Shown: positions 8,332 through 17,888 of the stretch, piece by piece
How the letters are laid out: every line of letters starts with the position of its first letter
Position numbering within the stretch: position 1 is the first letter of the stretch
From: Candidatus Latescibacterota bacterium
GTDB taxonomy: Bacteria; Latescibacterota; UBA2968; UBA8231
DNA: 64,000 nt
NCBI GenBank assembly: GCA_965261395.1
Contig: OZ253462.1
Location: 416,001 to 480,000, forward strand
Reading direction: 5' to 3'
The notes under the pieces: model-generated
The model's database searches: none
The model's input: only the letters and a program-made list of their open reading frames with translations
What the model was told of the DNA's origin: nothing
Program-made: the position numbers and the translations under genes

Positions 8332-9689
8332 CACGAGGCTTTGATCCGTCTTTCCAGGGACGCTGTGCTAATCGCAGCAATCTCGCCCATTTCATCTCCA
8401 AAAAATTTATCCGGCCAGTTCTCTATTTCACCCCACATATTCAGACTGAGATCGTCGCATTCGGCTACGCCGTGTTTCGTATGAACGAAGTAGAGCTTCA
8501 AGTCTGACGATGACATTTCTTCTTCGGCTACGCGACGCTGGAAGCGCCTTAATAAGTGCTCACTGTGGCTTTCCACGACAATCTGGACCCGGCGCGTCTT
8601 GGCCACTGCGAGTATCACGTCCGCCAATCCACTTTGAACGGACGGATGCAAATGAATTTCCGGCTGCTCCATCAGAACGATAGAGCCATCCGGCACATAG
8701 TACAGAAGTACCAGAACAGGCAAGATTTGGGAGACGCCGAAGCCTACATCCGTTAGCATCGTCTCCGGGCCTTTGTCTCTTTGAACGCAGGCTTGGTACA
8801 GGTTGGACCTAGGCGCGATTTCTTTAACCTCGAAGGAATCAATCAGGCCTAGTTCTCTCAACCAATGGGCAATCATTTCTTGGAATGGCTTGTAGTGCTT
8901 GCGTGGTGCAAGGTTTCGCATCTCGCCTCGTGCGGTAGCCGCCAGAATGGCATCGATAGTGCGTTCGCCGCGTGGTCCCACATCATCGGGGCTAGATCCC
9001 GCCCACCTATACTCGCGCTGCGGATGCTCTCGGAGAGGGCCAAGATAGAAGATCCTATCCATCAGCGCCTCGTACTGAGCTTCGAATTCACTTAGAAAAT
9101 TGGCGTCTTGAAAGTAGGTACGGGCTTGGTCAGGGAAGAGATGTGTCTTAACCGGGCCGGGCAGAGCCCAACCCCGTCCTCTATTCCGAGTGAACTCGAA
9201 CGGGTGTTCACCGCATGATATAAGATCGAACTCATTGGGTTTGTCTACTTTTGGTTCGATGGCGAAAACGGTGTTGTCAAATTTATATTTCATATGATGC
9301 GCCGATAGATCTGAGCCTTTCAGTCCAACCCGGCATTCCATTTGTAGACTAGTTCCCTCTAAGAGCACCTTATTGCGAGGGCCCTTGGGGTCATAGACTT
9401 TATAAGAATTTGGAAGTGTCCAATCTAGGGTCCAGTTGATGTTCGCTTTCTGGTCGCCTTGATGCACAATGGCTTGGTAGGTTCCCAGATTTACCAGTTC
9501 GTTCGGTCCGCCGAAGTCCAGCACGGTACCCCGGTCTGTCGCATTCTTCGTCTGCTTGAGCAAAAGTAGAAACTGAAGCACACTGCTCTTGCCTGAACTA
9601 TTCGTGCCGAAAAGACCAGTGACCTTCCCTAAGGATATCTGTAACTCGCACCATGCCTTGAAGTTAGTGATATTAAGAAATTCCAACAT
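8331..9689 (-). CDS. ABC-type ATPase (AAA_15/AAA_21) with DUF3696-like C-terminus
   Basis: ITNFKAW, Walker A GTNSSGKSS, YLGPLR, DVGFGVSQILPV, MEQPEIHLHP, VESHSEH, WPDKFF. Confidence 0.88.
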   Translation of the reverse strand: MLEFLNITNFKAWCELQISLGKVTGLFGTNSSGKSSVLQFLLLLKQTKNATDRGTVLDFGGPNELVNLGTYQAIVHQGDQKANINWTLDWTLPNSYKVYDPKGPRNKVLLEGTSLQMECRVGLKGSDLSAHHMKYKFDNTVFAIEPKVDKPNEFDLISCGEHPFEFTRNRGRGWALPGPVKTHLFPDQARTYFQDANFLSEFEAQYEALMDRIFYLGPLREHPQREYRWAGSSPDDVGPRGERTIDAILAATARGEMRNLAPRKHYKPFQEMIAHWLRELGLIDSFEVKEIAPRSNLYQACVQRDKGPETMLTDVGFGVSQILPVLVLLYYVPDGSIVLMEQPEIHLHPSVQSGLADVILAVAKTRRVQIVVESHSEHLLRRFQRRVAEEEMSSSDLKLYFVHTKHGVAECDDLSLNMWGEIENWPDKFFGDEMGEIAAISTASLERRIKAS

Positions 9690-10069
9690 TGGTTACTTGC
9701 CTTCCTTGGAGTGCGGTCGCCACCTCGACGCTTCTCGTGAGGTCTCGTTCCGAAACCGCGCCGACCGACCATCTCCTTCCGGTGAAATAGCTGGATTCGC
9801 TTGGAGGCAGCCTTAATGGTCTCTTTCATGGCTCCACCATAGTTTTGGTCGCGTGGTGTAAGACAAAGTACAAGGTTCAGCAAACCCTCGCCAGCATCAC
9901 GTCCTCTTGTAGTAGCCTCTCGATACGGACCTGGAGCAGCGATCGTATATATTTGTATATAGTGTTCGATATACTGTACTTTTGCTTTATGCCAAGCAAG
10001 ACTTTGGCCTATCTAGGCAGCCGTTTTCGACTTGGGCCAAACAGTATGAATCCCAAGGTGCGCCTAAAC

Positions 10070-10114
10070 ACGCTGGGTTTCAATTTTTCGTTTTAAGGAG
10101 AAAGTCGTGCGCTA
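10070..10114 (+). repeat. 45-bp direct repeat, right copy
   Basis: acgctgggtttcaatttttcgttttaaggagaaagtcgtgcgcta; encodes an orphan TLGFNFSF* and supplies the RBS/start of the lipoprotein. Confidence 0.9.
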
Positions 10115-11027
10115 CATTTTTATCGTCCTATGCCTAACGGCCTGCGCTGCCGAGCGCCAGCCGGGCGATCTCTTCGGCTCAGTAAAAAAAGAAAGCGAGG
10201 TGGTGGTGGACGGGGTGCTGCTGGTCGATCAGCTCCTACCCGAATTGTTCGTGCGGCGCACCCTGCCTCTCGACCAAACCTATCGCAGGGAAGCGGCGGT
10301 AGTAACTGACGCCGAGGTGCGCATTTTCCAAGGGGACCAAGTCTTTGATTACGCACCCGACCCGACTACGCCCGGCCGCTATCTGCCACCGCCAGAGGCC
10401 CCCCAAGTGGAAGCCCTGACCGAGTACCGACTGGAAGTGGACGTAGAGGGAAAGAAAGTGCGTGCCAGCACGACCACGCCAGAGCGGCTGCGGCTGCGGC
10501 AGGCGGTGCTGGTTGACGAAGACACCCAAGAAATCGTGCGGACTCTCAAGTCATTTGCCGAGGTTGGGGACGAGGTTTACACGGCACCGGAGAATCAGCT
10601 TACTCACCTAGAGGGCCTGATCGAACTCCACTTGGAAAAGGCAGGGGAGGCGTACCAAGCAGCACTCTTCGCTTTGGAAGAGAACGCGCAATTGCTCGAC
10701 GAGGATTTCCCGGACTTGTTCGACGAGGACTTGGATGCATTGCGAGCCAACCAATCGCCGCCCTTCGCCGCCAGCGACGGAATCGTGCGCTGGCCGTGGT
10801 TCGCCGTGGTTTATACCGGGCGTTCGCTAATAAAGGTGTACGCACTCGACCACAACTGGTTCGAGTACGCCCGCTCCAGCCCCGACCTGCAGGAACAGGG
10901 AGGATCTGCAGGAGGGCTGGCCGGCGAAAATTTCGAGCGGCCATTCTTTCAGGTGGAGGGAGGCATCGGGCTGTTCGGCTCGGCGTCGGTGGATTCGGTG
11001 GGGTTTGTCGTCCTGCCGCGACCGTAG
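10107..11027 (+). CDS. Lipoprotein partner of TonB receptor (DUF4249-like)
   Basis: Lipobox LTAC, VVVDGVL, C-terminal VEGGIGLFGS; AAGGAG RBS. Confidence 0.75.
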   Translation: MRYIFIVLCLTACAAERQPGDLFGSVKKESEVVVDGVLLVDQLLPELFVRRTLPLDQTYRREAAVVTDAEVRIFQGDQVFDYAPDPTTPGRYLPPPEAPQVEALTEYRLEVDVEGKKVRASTTTPERLRLRQAVLVDEDTQEIVRTLKSFAEVGDEVYTAPENQLTHLEGLIELHLEKAGEAYQAALFALEENAQLLDEDFPDLFDEDLDALRANQSPPFAASDGIVRWPWFAVVYTGRSLIKVYALDHNWFEYARSSPDLQEQGGSAGGLAGENFERPFFQVEGGIGLFGSASVDSVGFVVLPRP

Positions 11028-11063
11028 AGCGCAGCGTTTTCACTGCTAACAAGGACCAGACGC

Positions 11064-11855
11064 ATGTGGACAGAAGCGCAACAACAGGCATTTGCAGAGC
11101 GAGGGTACTTCATTGCCAGCGACGCCGTCAGCCCAGATATGGTGGATGAACTGCGCCAAGCAGCCCGGCGCGTAAAGGCCCGCATACGCACCGGTGAATT
11201 GGACTTGTACACCGACCACCGGGGCGAGAGTGAGCCGTATCACGTCTCCGGCCTAATCGCACCGCAATACGGCGAGCCTATCTTCGCCCAGTACTTGGCC
11301 TCAGAGCCTTTGCTCGCCTACGTCCAAGCGCAGATCGGCCGCGAGTTGCGCTTCGGTTCCCTCTCCATGTTTACCAACCCGCACGACCAAGTGTTCAATG
11401 TGCCTTGGCACCGCGACGACGGCCTCGTGTTCGACAAGGACGAAGCCACCGAACTGGCTTATTTGCAGGAGCCGCGCACGGAGTGCCGCTGGGAGCTAGC
11501 CCTCGCAGACGACTCGGCACTTGGCGTAATTCCGGGCAGTCAGAAGCGCTACCGCACCCAGCGGGAATGGGAGGCCATGAGCAACAGCCGGGCCGAGGAC
11601 TTGCCCGGGGCCGAGACGATTCACTTGCGGGCCGGAGAAACCGTTTTCTGGAACGGCAACATCATTCACCGGGCCTGCCACCAGCCCGATCGCGAGCGGC
11701 TGACCTTGGTCGCGGCCTATAAAGCATACCGCGCCGACGAATCTCCACAGGACGTAGGACGCTTCCAGTTCCTGCTCGACGACGAAGTGCGCGCCGGCTT
11801 GCCCACAGCCTTGCACGTCTATTACGACCGCTGGAGATCCCTCCAACTCGCCTGA
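11064..11855 (+). CDS. Phytanoyl-CoA dioxygenase (PhyH) family Fe(II)/2OG oxygenase
   Basis: FAERGY, WHRD, VIPGS, AGETVFW..IIHR. Confidence 0.85.
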   Translation: MWTEAQQQAFAERGYFIASDAVSPDMVDELRQAARRVKARIRTGELDLYTDHRGESEPYHVSGLIAPQYGEPIFAQYLASEPLLAYVQAQIGRELRFGSLSMFTNPHDQVFNVPWHRDDGLVFDKDEATELAYLQEPRTECRWELALADDSALGVIPGSQKRYRTQREWEAMSNSRAEDLPGAETIHLRAGETVFWNGNIIHRACHQPDRERLTLVAAYKAYRADESPQDVGRFQFLLDDEVRAGLPTALHVYYDRWRSLQLA

Positions 11856-11917
11856 GCAAGCAGCCTAATTCATCCCATCGCCCTGCGGTTTCCTTCCCGC
11901 TAGATCCCGATCCATTT

Positions 11918-14269
11918 TTAACGGTTTTCGGCCGCTTGCTTGAGCGCTCGGCTGCGTTCGTAGAATTCGGCCAGATCCATTTCCTTGAGGAACACGAGGC
12001 CCCGCGTGGCGCGGATCAGGGGGCTGGGATGTTCGTGGAACCACTTGTGGCCGAGACAGGTTTTGATCTTCTGGTACTGATCGACCTGCACCTGCTGCGC
12101 CAGTTCGGAGAAGGGGCCGTCGTGCTCGTAACTGGGGAATGAGGCGTCGCGCTGGGAGATAAAGGTGTTCATAAAGGCGCTGTGCATGACCGAAAACATA
12201 TTGAGCGACACCGGCACGAAGATATTGGCCTCGCTGGGGTCAAAGCGGTACCACACATTGCGGTAGCCCCAGACCTTGATCTCGGAGCGTCCACTTTGTC
12301 GCTCGTAGCGGCGGAGTGCCTCGGTAATCACCTGTAGCACCTTGTAGTGGGTATCCGGCCCGCTGGCTTCTGGGTCTAAGGCTACGCCGACCACGTCGGG
12401 CGCTACTTGGTCCAGGAGCGCGAGTACGGGCGGCACATCGTCTTCGAGCGTCGGCTCTTGAGTGAAGATGTCGCCGGTGTAAAAGCCGAGGCTCAGGTGT
12501 TTGACGCTAGAGCAATCCCAACCAAAATACCCCCACAGACACTCGGCCTCCCACGCGCGGCATTTGCTTTTGAGCATCTGCACCTCCGGCGCGTCCTTCT
12601 GGCCCGGATAGTGGCTGGCGAAGTAGGCCTCCAACTCCCCCAACCGGGCCTCAATGCCCTCGAGGTCCTCAACGTCGTACAGCTCGACGAGGTTCCGTAA
12701 AAAGCGCCGTGCCGCCCCTTCGTCGCACAACAGCGGGTCCGCGGCGGCAACCCCGTCGAGGTACTGCCAAACATCGCGGTTGCGGCCGTTTTCGTAGCTG
12801 GGGTCAAAGTAGTCCTGCGCCCAAAGCGCCGAGCACTCGGCGCTGGGCAAAAAGCGCCGCAGCCGTTGCAAGTGGGCCTCGATAAAGCGGTTGGTCACCG
12901 CGGTGAAGCCGCCGGTAAAACAGGCGAAATAATGCACGTTGGTGGCGTCGCGCACGTGGCGGACGATATAGGACAGGTAGCCCAGCATTAGGTCGTCGTG
13001 GTGCGGCTCCGTGTGCAGGAAGCGCGTCCCGGAAAGGGTCTGAGATCCCCGCTCGATTTTGCCTATTAGCCGGTCGTGTACCATCTGCGTCAATGCGGCA
13101 ATCCCCTCCGGGCGCTGGCACAACAGCACGGCACCCAAGGCGTCTCGGGCAAAGTCGGCTTCGGTCAGGTCAACGACCTTTTTGCTCAAGCCGCAGGCTA
13201 GGTCGATGACGATCTTTTCCACCATCTCATCGTCCATGGCTGCCCGCTGCTCCACGAGCACGAGCCGCCTAGCCCTGAGCGCCTTAGCCGCTCCCTGGGT
13301 AATGTAGAACCGCGCCATGGGCAGGCGGTGCAGCGCCGTGGCCGGATAGCGCACGTCTGGCGCTTGCTCGATCGCGGCGGCGACAATGCCAGCCTTGGCC
13401 TCGCCAGCGGCGATGATCAGGGCGCAGCAGTCGGGATTATCAACGATTGTACCCAAGCCGATGGTAATGACCAACCGCTTACGCGATACCTCAATGCCGC
13501 CCAAATCGCCGGCAGCCGCCGCCTGCGTTTCGTAGTTGATCCCCGTCAGCCTCGTCGTCGAAAAGTGGTCCGAGCCGCGCACGTTAAAGCCGATGTGCCC
13601 GTCCGGGCCAATGCCCCCCAAGAAAAAGCCAATGCCTCCGAGGGCGCGGATTTGCTCCTCGTACTCTTGGCACCACTGGTCAATCCTGCGCAAGGCGTCC
13701 TGCTGCACGCGCTCAAGCAAAGTGCGGGCAGCCCGATAGCGCAGTGAGAGATCCACGGTGCCGTCTGGCCACACCTCGTTCAAGGTTTGGTCGGCCTTTA
13801 GGCCGATCTCGGCGCAGTTGATGCGCAGAGCCTTGGCCGGATCTAACCCAAAACCATCGATATAGAAGCGGTTTACATAGGCGTAGAAACTGTTGTCCTG
13901 TCGGGGGTCGATCGGATAGAACTCGTCAATTTGCACAAAGTGTAAACTGCGCAGGTCCGGCTTGCGCCCTGGGTCGATGCCGGCCTCTTCGAGTTGGGCG
14001 CGGACATCCGCCTCGTCCCAATGCCGCAGCAGTCGTTCGACCCAGCGGATAAAGTGTTCGGGGGTTTTGCCCGTCGGCAGCGAGACCACGCCGCCGGGAT
14101 GGTCCTGGACCCATTCGACAAAGCGCATCGCCGCTAGCTTGCCCAGCGCCGGGAAGTGCTCGACCACAATGGTCTTGATGCGCTCGGTCGAAGGATAGTG
14201 TGCCGCAAAAGGCGAGCTTGCTACAGCTCTGCGCTCGACCGCGGTCAGCTCTCCGGTATCGACCATCAC
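11918..14269 (-). CDS. Glucosamine-6-phosphate deaminase-like domain fused to PIG-L/LmbE deacetylase-like domain
   Basis: LPTGKTP, IDEFY, GGIGPDGHIGFN, ITIGLGTI, then EPHHDD and GPDTH, YRNVW. Confidence 0.8.
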   Translation of the reverse strand: MMVDTGELTAVERRAVASSPFAAHYPSTERIKTIVVEHFPALGKLAAMRFVEWVQDHPGGVVSLPTGKTPEHFIRWVERLLRHWDEADVRAQLEEAGIDPGRKPDLRSLHFVQIDEFYPIDPRQDNSFYAYVNRFYIDGFGLDPAKALRINCAEIGLKADQTLNEVWPDGTVDLSLRYRAARTLLERVQQDALRRIDQWCQEYEEQIRALGGIGFFLGGIGPDGHIGFNVRGSDHFSTTRLTGINYETQAAAAGDLGGIEVSRKRLVITIGLGTIVDNPDCCALIIAAGEAKAGIVAAAIEQAPDVRYPATALHRLPMARFYITQGAAKALRARRLVLVEQRAAMDDEMVEKIVIDLACGLSKKVVDLTEADFARDALGAVLLCQRPEGIAALTQMVHDRLIGKIERGSQTLSGTRFLHTEPHHDDLMLGYLSYIVRHVRDATNVHYFACFTGGFTAVTNRFIEAHLQRLRRFLPSAECSALWAQDYFDPSYENGRNRDVWQYLDGVAAADPLLCDEGAARRFLRNLVELYDVEDLEGIEARLGELEAYFASHYPGQKDAPEVQMLKSKCRAWEAECLWGYFGWDCSSVKHLSLGFYTGDIFTQEPTLEDDVPPVLALLDQVAPDVVGVALDPEASGPDTHYKVLQVITEALRRYERQSGRSEIKVWGYRNVWYRFDPSEANIFVPVSLNMFSVMHSAFMNTFISQRDASFPSYEHDGPFSELAQQVQVDQYQKIKTCLGHKWFHEHPSPLIRATRGLVFLKEMDLAEFYERSRALKQAAENR

Positions 14270-15025
14270 TTAGCTCCTCTCGTGGGTCGCACTCAGGTGC
14301 GAGGCCGCTACTTGATCGAGCAGGAATGTACAGTCGGGGTGATTTTGCAACAGGCTGGCCGGGCAATCCGGCGTGCAAGGCCCCTCCACGGCCCGCGCCA
14401 CAGCCGCGGCCTTATGAGCACCAGTAGCCAAAAGCGCAATGCTCCGCCCGTCGAGAATGGTCGCCAAACCCACCGTCAGGGCTAGCTGGGGCACGTGCGA
14501 CGGATCGGCAAAATGGCGGCTGTTGGCGGTGACGGTCTCTGGATTGGGCGCTACCACCCGCGAGCGGCTCGCTGGATCGCTACCGGGTTCGTTAAAGGCG
14601 ATATGGCCGTTGCCGCCGATGCCCAAAAGCCACAGGTCAACCCCGCCCAAAGCGCGGATCTTGGCCTCAAAGGCCAGGCACTCCTGCTCGGGATCTGACG
14701 CCGTGCCGTCGAAGAGGAACGTGTTATAGGGACGGACATCGACGTGATCGAACAAGTACCGCTGCATAAAGAAGCGGTAGCTCTGCTCGTCGTCTCCAGA
14801 CAGGCCGAGGTACTCGTCTAGGTTGAAGGTTCGCGCCTGGGCAAAGCTAAGCCCTTCCTCGCGGTGCATCCGCACCAACTCGCTATAGGTCGGCACCGGC
14901 GTCGAACCGGTCGCCAAACCCAACACGGCGTTGGAACGGCGGCGCAGCCACGCGGCGCACAGACCAGCGGCAGCAGCAGCCACCGCCGTCTCGTCGGCGA
15001 GGACGCGTACCTCAATCCCGCTCAT
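14270..15025 (-). CDS. nagB: Glucosamine-6-phosphate deaminase
   Basis: LGLATGSTP, TFNLDEY, LGIGGNGHIAFNEPGS, PASLLQNH; start at ATG 15025. Confidence 0.92.
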   Translation of the reverse strand: MSGIEVRVLADETAVAAAAAGLCAAWLRRRSNAVLGLATGSTPVPTYSELVRMHREEGLSFAQARTFNLDEYLGLSGDDEQSYRFFMQRYLFDHVDVRPYNTFLFDGTASDPEQECLAFEAKIRALGGVDLWLLGIGGNGHIAFNEPGSDPASRSRVVAPNPETVTANSRHFADPSHVPQLALTVGLATILDGRSIALLATGAHKAAAVARAVEGPCTPDCPASLLQNHPDCTFLLDQVAASHLSATHERS

Positions 15026-15109
15026 TGCGTACCTAACCTGTGAAAAGTGAACAAGTGTATGGAACAAATTAGAAAGAGGAGGGATTGCGGTAAAGAATGC
15101 TAGGCGACC

Positions 15110-16819
15110 CTACCACAACACCACAAAAAGCAGGAAGCTAGCCACGGCCAAATAGACCCCGATCCACACCCCCGGCCGCAAATACCACTTAGGACCATTC
15201 TCGCCGACCGCGAAAGGATACTCCGGCCGGATGGGTGCTTCTATCAGAGTCTTCTGCAACCAGGTGCCTTCCAGCGCCACGAGCCGCCGGGCCATTATCG
15301 GGCGCAGTGCGGCCGGATCTTCGTGGCGGACGTAAATCAGTCCGCGCAGCTCCTCGTCGCGCACTGGACCGCGCCGCCAGTCGATCAGCTTCGAGGCGGC
15401 GTACATGCTCACCGCGGGCAGCACCAAGTTCCACAGGTAGGTCCACCACGTATTCTGGTACCACACCGGCAGCGGCCACTCGTTAAAATCAGCCAAGATC
15501 GCCGACATCCCGTAGCCAAGCCCCGTCAATAAGCCGATGATCCCGGTCTCGCGGTGTACTCGCGTAAAAACCCCCATCAAAATGACCGTCATCAGCGGCA
15601 CGGCAATGGCCCCGGCCAGCCGCAGGTAGAACAGCAGCATCCCCTTCTCGCCCAAAAAGGGCACATAGATAAAACCCAGCGCCAGAATAACCGGCACCGA
15701 GATCCGCCCCACCTTGGTGTAGTGCTCGTCCTTGGCGTCCTTGACGATAAAGCGCGCGTACACGTCGCGCACGAAGAGCGAGGAAATGCCAATGCCGATG
15801 GAGTCGAAGGTCGAGTACCCAGCCGCCACCAGCCCGGCGACCACCAGCCCGACCAACCCAGCGGGTAGGTACGCTTGGATCATCAGCGGATAGGCCTGAT
15901 CGACCATTTCTAGGCCGGGAAACTGCGCCCGCGCCATCGGTCCCAAGCTGACGTTGAAGAAAAGACAGATCGCCGTGGCAATGCTGGCCACCAGCGCGGC
16001 CATTTTGAAGTCCCACTCCGAGCGTGCGCCGAGGAAGCGGATGGCCTCGTACTGGTTAATGACCGCGTACGTAGTCAACACCACCAAAAAGCCGAATATC
16101 ACGATGAAGGGGGGCACACCGGGCGGCGAATAGCCTCCCACGTGCAGCAGTGTATCCGACAGCCCTTCTTCCACCGTCTCCAGCCGCGCCGCCACCCCGT
16201 CCCAACCGCCCAGCCCCGAATAGACGAATCCCCAAAGCACAAAAGAGGCCACGATCATCGTCGCGCTTTGTAGCGCGTCGGTCAGCACCCCGGCTCGCAA
16301 GCCGCCACGCACGATGTAGAGCACCGAGCTAAGTGCCACGCCCACCACCATCAACCAGCAAGTCGTCTCCTCGATTCCGGTGATGACATTGAGCACCAGG
16401 AACATGGAAAAGAAAATGTTGCCCAGCACGTTGGTCCGCGATTGGACGTTGATCAAGACCGCTAGCAGCCGCACGGATGGCCCGAAGCGGAACTCCAGCC
16501 ACTCGGCGTTGGTAAAAACCCCCGAGCGGTACATCGGCACGATGACGAAGAAGCTGAGCACGGTCCAGCCCACGGCAATGCCCAACCACCACTGCGCCAA
16601 TTGCGACAGCCCGAGGTTGTAGGATCCGCCGACAATGCCGACGTAATCGCCGCTATCGACAGCCGTGCCAAACGCCGACAGCCCAATCACCCACCAAGGC
16701 ATGGACTTGGCCGCAAGGTACCAGTCGAAACTCTCACCCTTGTTGCGGAAGGCGATCAGGCTGTAGGCGACGATGCCGCCGTTGAGGACCAAGACGACGG
16801 CCCAGTCTAATGTGGTCAT
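15110..16819 (-). CDS. Sodium:solute symporter family transporter
   Basis: Many TM segments, MPWWVIGLS, EWLEFRFG, GGLRAGVLTDALQ, DQAYP, RDVY. Confidence 0.9.
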   Translation of the reverse strand: MTTLDWAVVLVLNGGIVAYSLIAFRNKGESFDWYLAAKSMPWWVIGLSAFGTAVDSGDYVGIVGGSYNLGLSQLAQWWLGIAVGWTVLSFFVIVPMYRSGVFTNAEWLEFRFGPSVRLLAVLINVQSRTNVLGNIFFSMFLVLNVITGIEETTCWLMVVGVALSSVLYIVRGGLRAGVLTDALQSATMIVASFVLWGFVYSGLGGWDGVAARLETVEEGLSDTLLHVGGYSPPGVPPFIVIFGFLVVLTTYAVINQYEAIRFLGARSEWDFKMAALVASIATAICLFFNVSLGPMARAQFPGLEMVDQAYPLMIQAYLPAGLVGLVVAGLVAAGYSTFDSIGIGISSLFVRDVYARFIVKDAKDEHYTKVGRISVPVILALGFIYVPFLGEKGMLLFYLRLAGAIAVPLMTVILMGVFTRVHRETGIIGLLTGLGYGMSAILADFNEWPLPVWYQNTWWTYLWNLVLPAVSMYAASKLIDWRRGPVRDEELRGLIYVRHEDPAALRPIMARRLVALEGTWLQKTLIEAPIRPEYPFAVGENGPKWYLRPGVWIGVYLAVASFLLFVVLW

Positions 16820-16823
16820 CGCA

Positions 16824-17861
16824 TCACGGAGCTGGCAGGTGGTATCCGTCCTTGCCGACTTTTATCTTGGCCAAGATGCCTGGATTTTCCGGCGGCGCGC
16901 CCCCCCCGTAGGTGACGTAGAGCGTCTTGCTCTCCTCGCCGCGACCAAACGCCGTGTTGGTCGGAACTTCGGGCGTGGGGATATAGGCCAGTTCCTCGCC
17001 GCTGGGGGAGTACACGACAATGCCCGGGCGCGTCACGTCCCGCACCGCCACGTACAGGTTGCCGTCAACGTCAGCAACCAGGCCATCCGGCCCGTCTTCG
17101 GGATAGTAATCGACCAGCACTTCGCGGAATGTGGCTGTGCCGTCGGGATGCAGATCGTACGCCAACAGAGCCATCCGGCCCTTGTGCGCGGGCGTGCCTA
17201 GCAAGCGGAAGATCCCCGTATTGCCGTTGTCGTTGCTCACCACGTAGAGCGACTGCTGGTCCGGGGACACACAGACGCCGTTGGGCTTACCGGCGTCTGT
17301 GATGATCCGCTCGATAGTGCCGTCGGGATCAATCCGGTACACCGCCATCACCGGCTGGTCAATCGGCTCGTGCCCCAGATAGCGTGGGTCGCTGAAGTAG
17401 ATGCGGCCCTTTTCGTCGATGGAAATGTCGTTGGGGGAATTGAAGGGTCGGCCCTCGTATAGCCCGGCGATGATCTCGGTCTTGCCGGTTGCAAGGTCGG
17501 TGCGCGTCACGCGCTGCCCCCCAAAATCCGCGCCCTCAGCGGTAATCAGCCGGCCCATTGCGTCGAACTTGAGGCCGTTGGACATGCCGCTAGGTGAGCG
17601 ATAGACTGCGGTCTTGCCGGTCTTGGGATCGTAGCGCCAGATGTGCCCGGCCTGCATCCCCGAGGGCTTGGAAAAGGTAATATCGCTGAAGAAAACCGAG
17701 CCGTCCGGGGCCACGGCCGGCCCCTCGGAAAAGAACGCACCGTCGAAGAGCACTTCGAGCTTGGCACCTGCGGGTATAATCGACGGATCGCCCATCGGCT
17801 CTTGGGCGAAGGCAGTGCTGGCTGCCAGGACCAGCGCGATTGTGGCGAAACGTTGCATCAT
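16824..17861 (-). CDS. Secreted SMP-30/gluconolactonase/LRE family protein
   Basis: Signal peptide; EGPA, SNGL, FNSPND, PNGV, PDGL, PTNTAFG. Confidence 0.9.
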   Translation of the reverse strand: MMQRFATIALVLAASTAFAQEPMGDPSIIPAGAKLEVLFDGAFFSEGPAVAPDGSVFFSDITFSKPSGMQAGHIWRYDPKTGKTAVYRSPSGMSNGLKFDAMGRLITAEGADFGGQRVTRTDLATGKTEIIAGLYEGRPFNSPNDISIDEKGRIYFSDPRYLGHEPIDQPVMAVYRIDPDGTIERIITDAGKPNGVCVSPDQQSLYVVSNDNGNTGIFRLLGTPAHKGRMALLAYDLHPDGTATFREVLVDYYPEDGPDGLVADVDGNLYVAVRDVTRPGIVVYSPSGEELAYIPTPEVPTNTAFGRGEESKTLYVTYGGGAPPENPGILAKIKVGKDGYHLPAP

Positions 17862-17888
17862 GGTATCTCTCCTTGGATTATGTATCGG

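Larger units (their letters stand above)
7529..10069. mobile_element. About 2.5-kb genomic islet without a recombinase (ABC-ATPase, PIN remnant, RNA ligase)
   Basis: Bounded by 45-bp direct repeats, visibly lower GC, genes on opposite strand, splits the receptor-lipoprotein operon. Confidence 0.75.

Noticed and set aside
9629-9883. 84-aa ORF upstream of the ATPase as a possible extra islet gene
   Set aside because: Overlaps the ATPase start by 61 nt with no recognisable motif; may be a remnant but cannot be supported.
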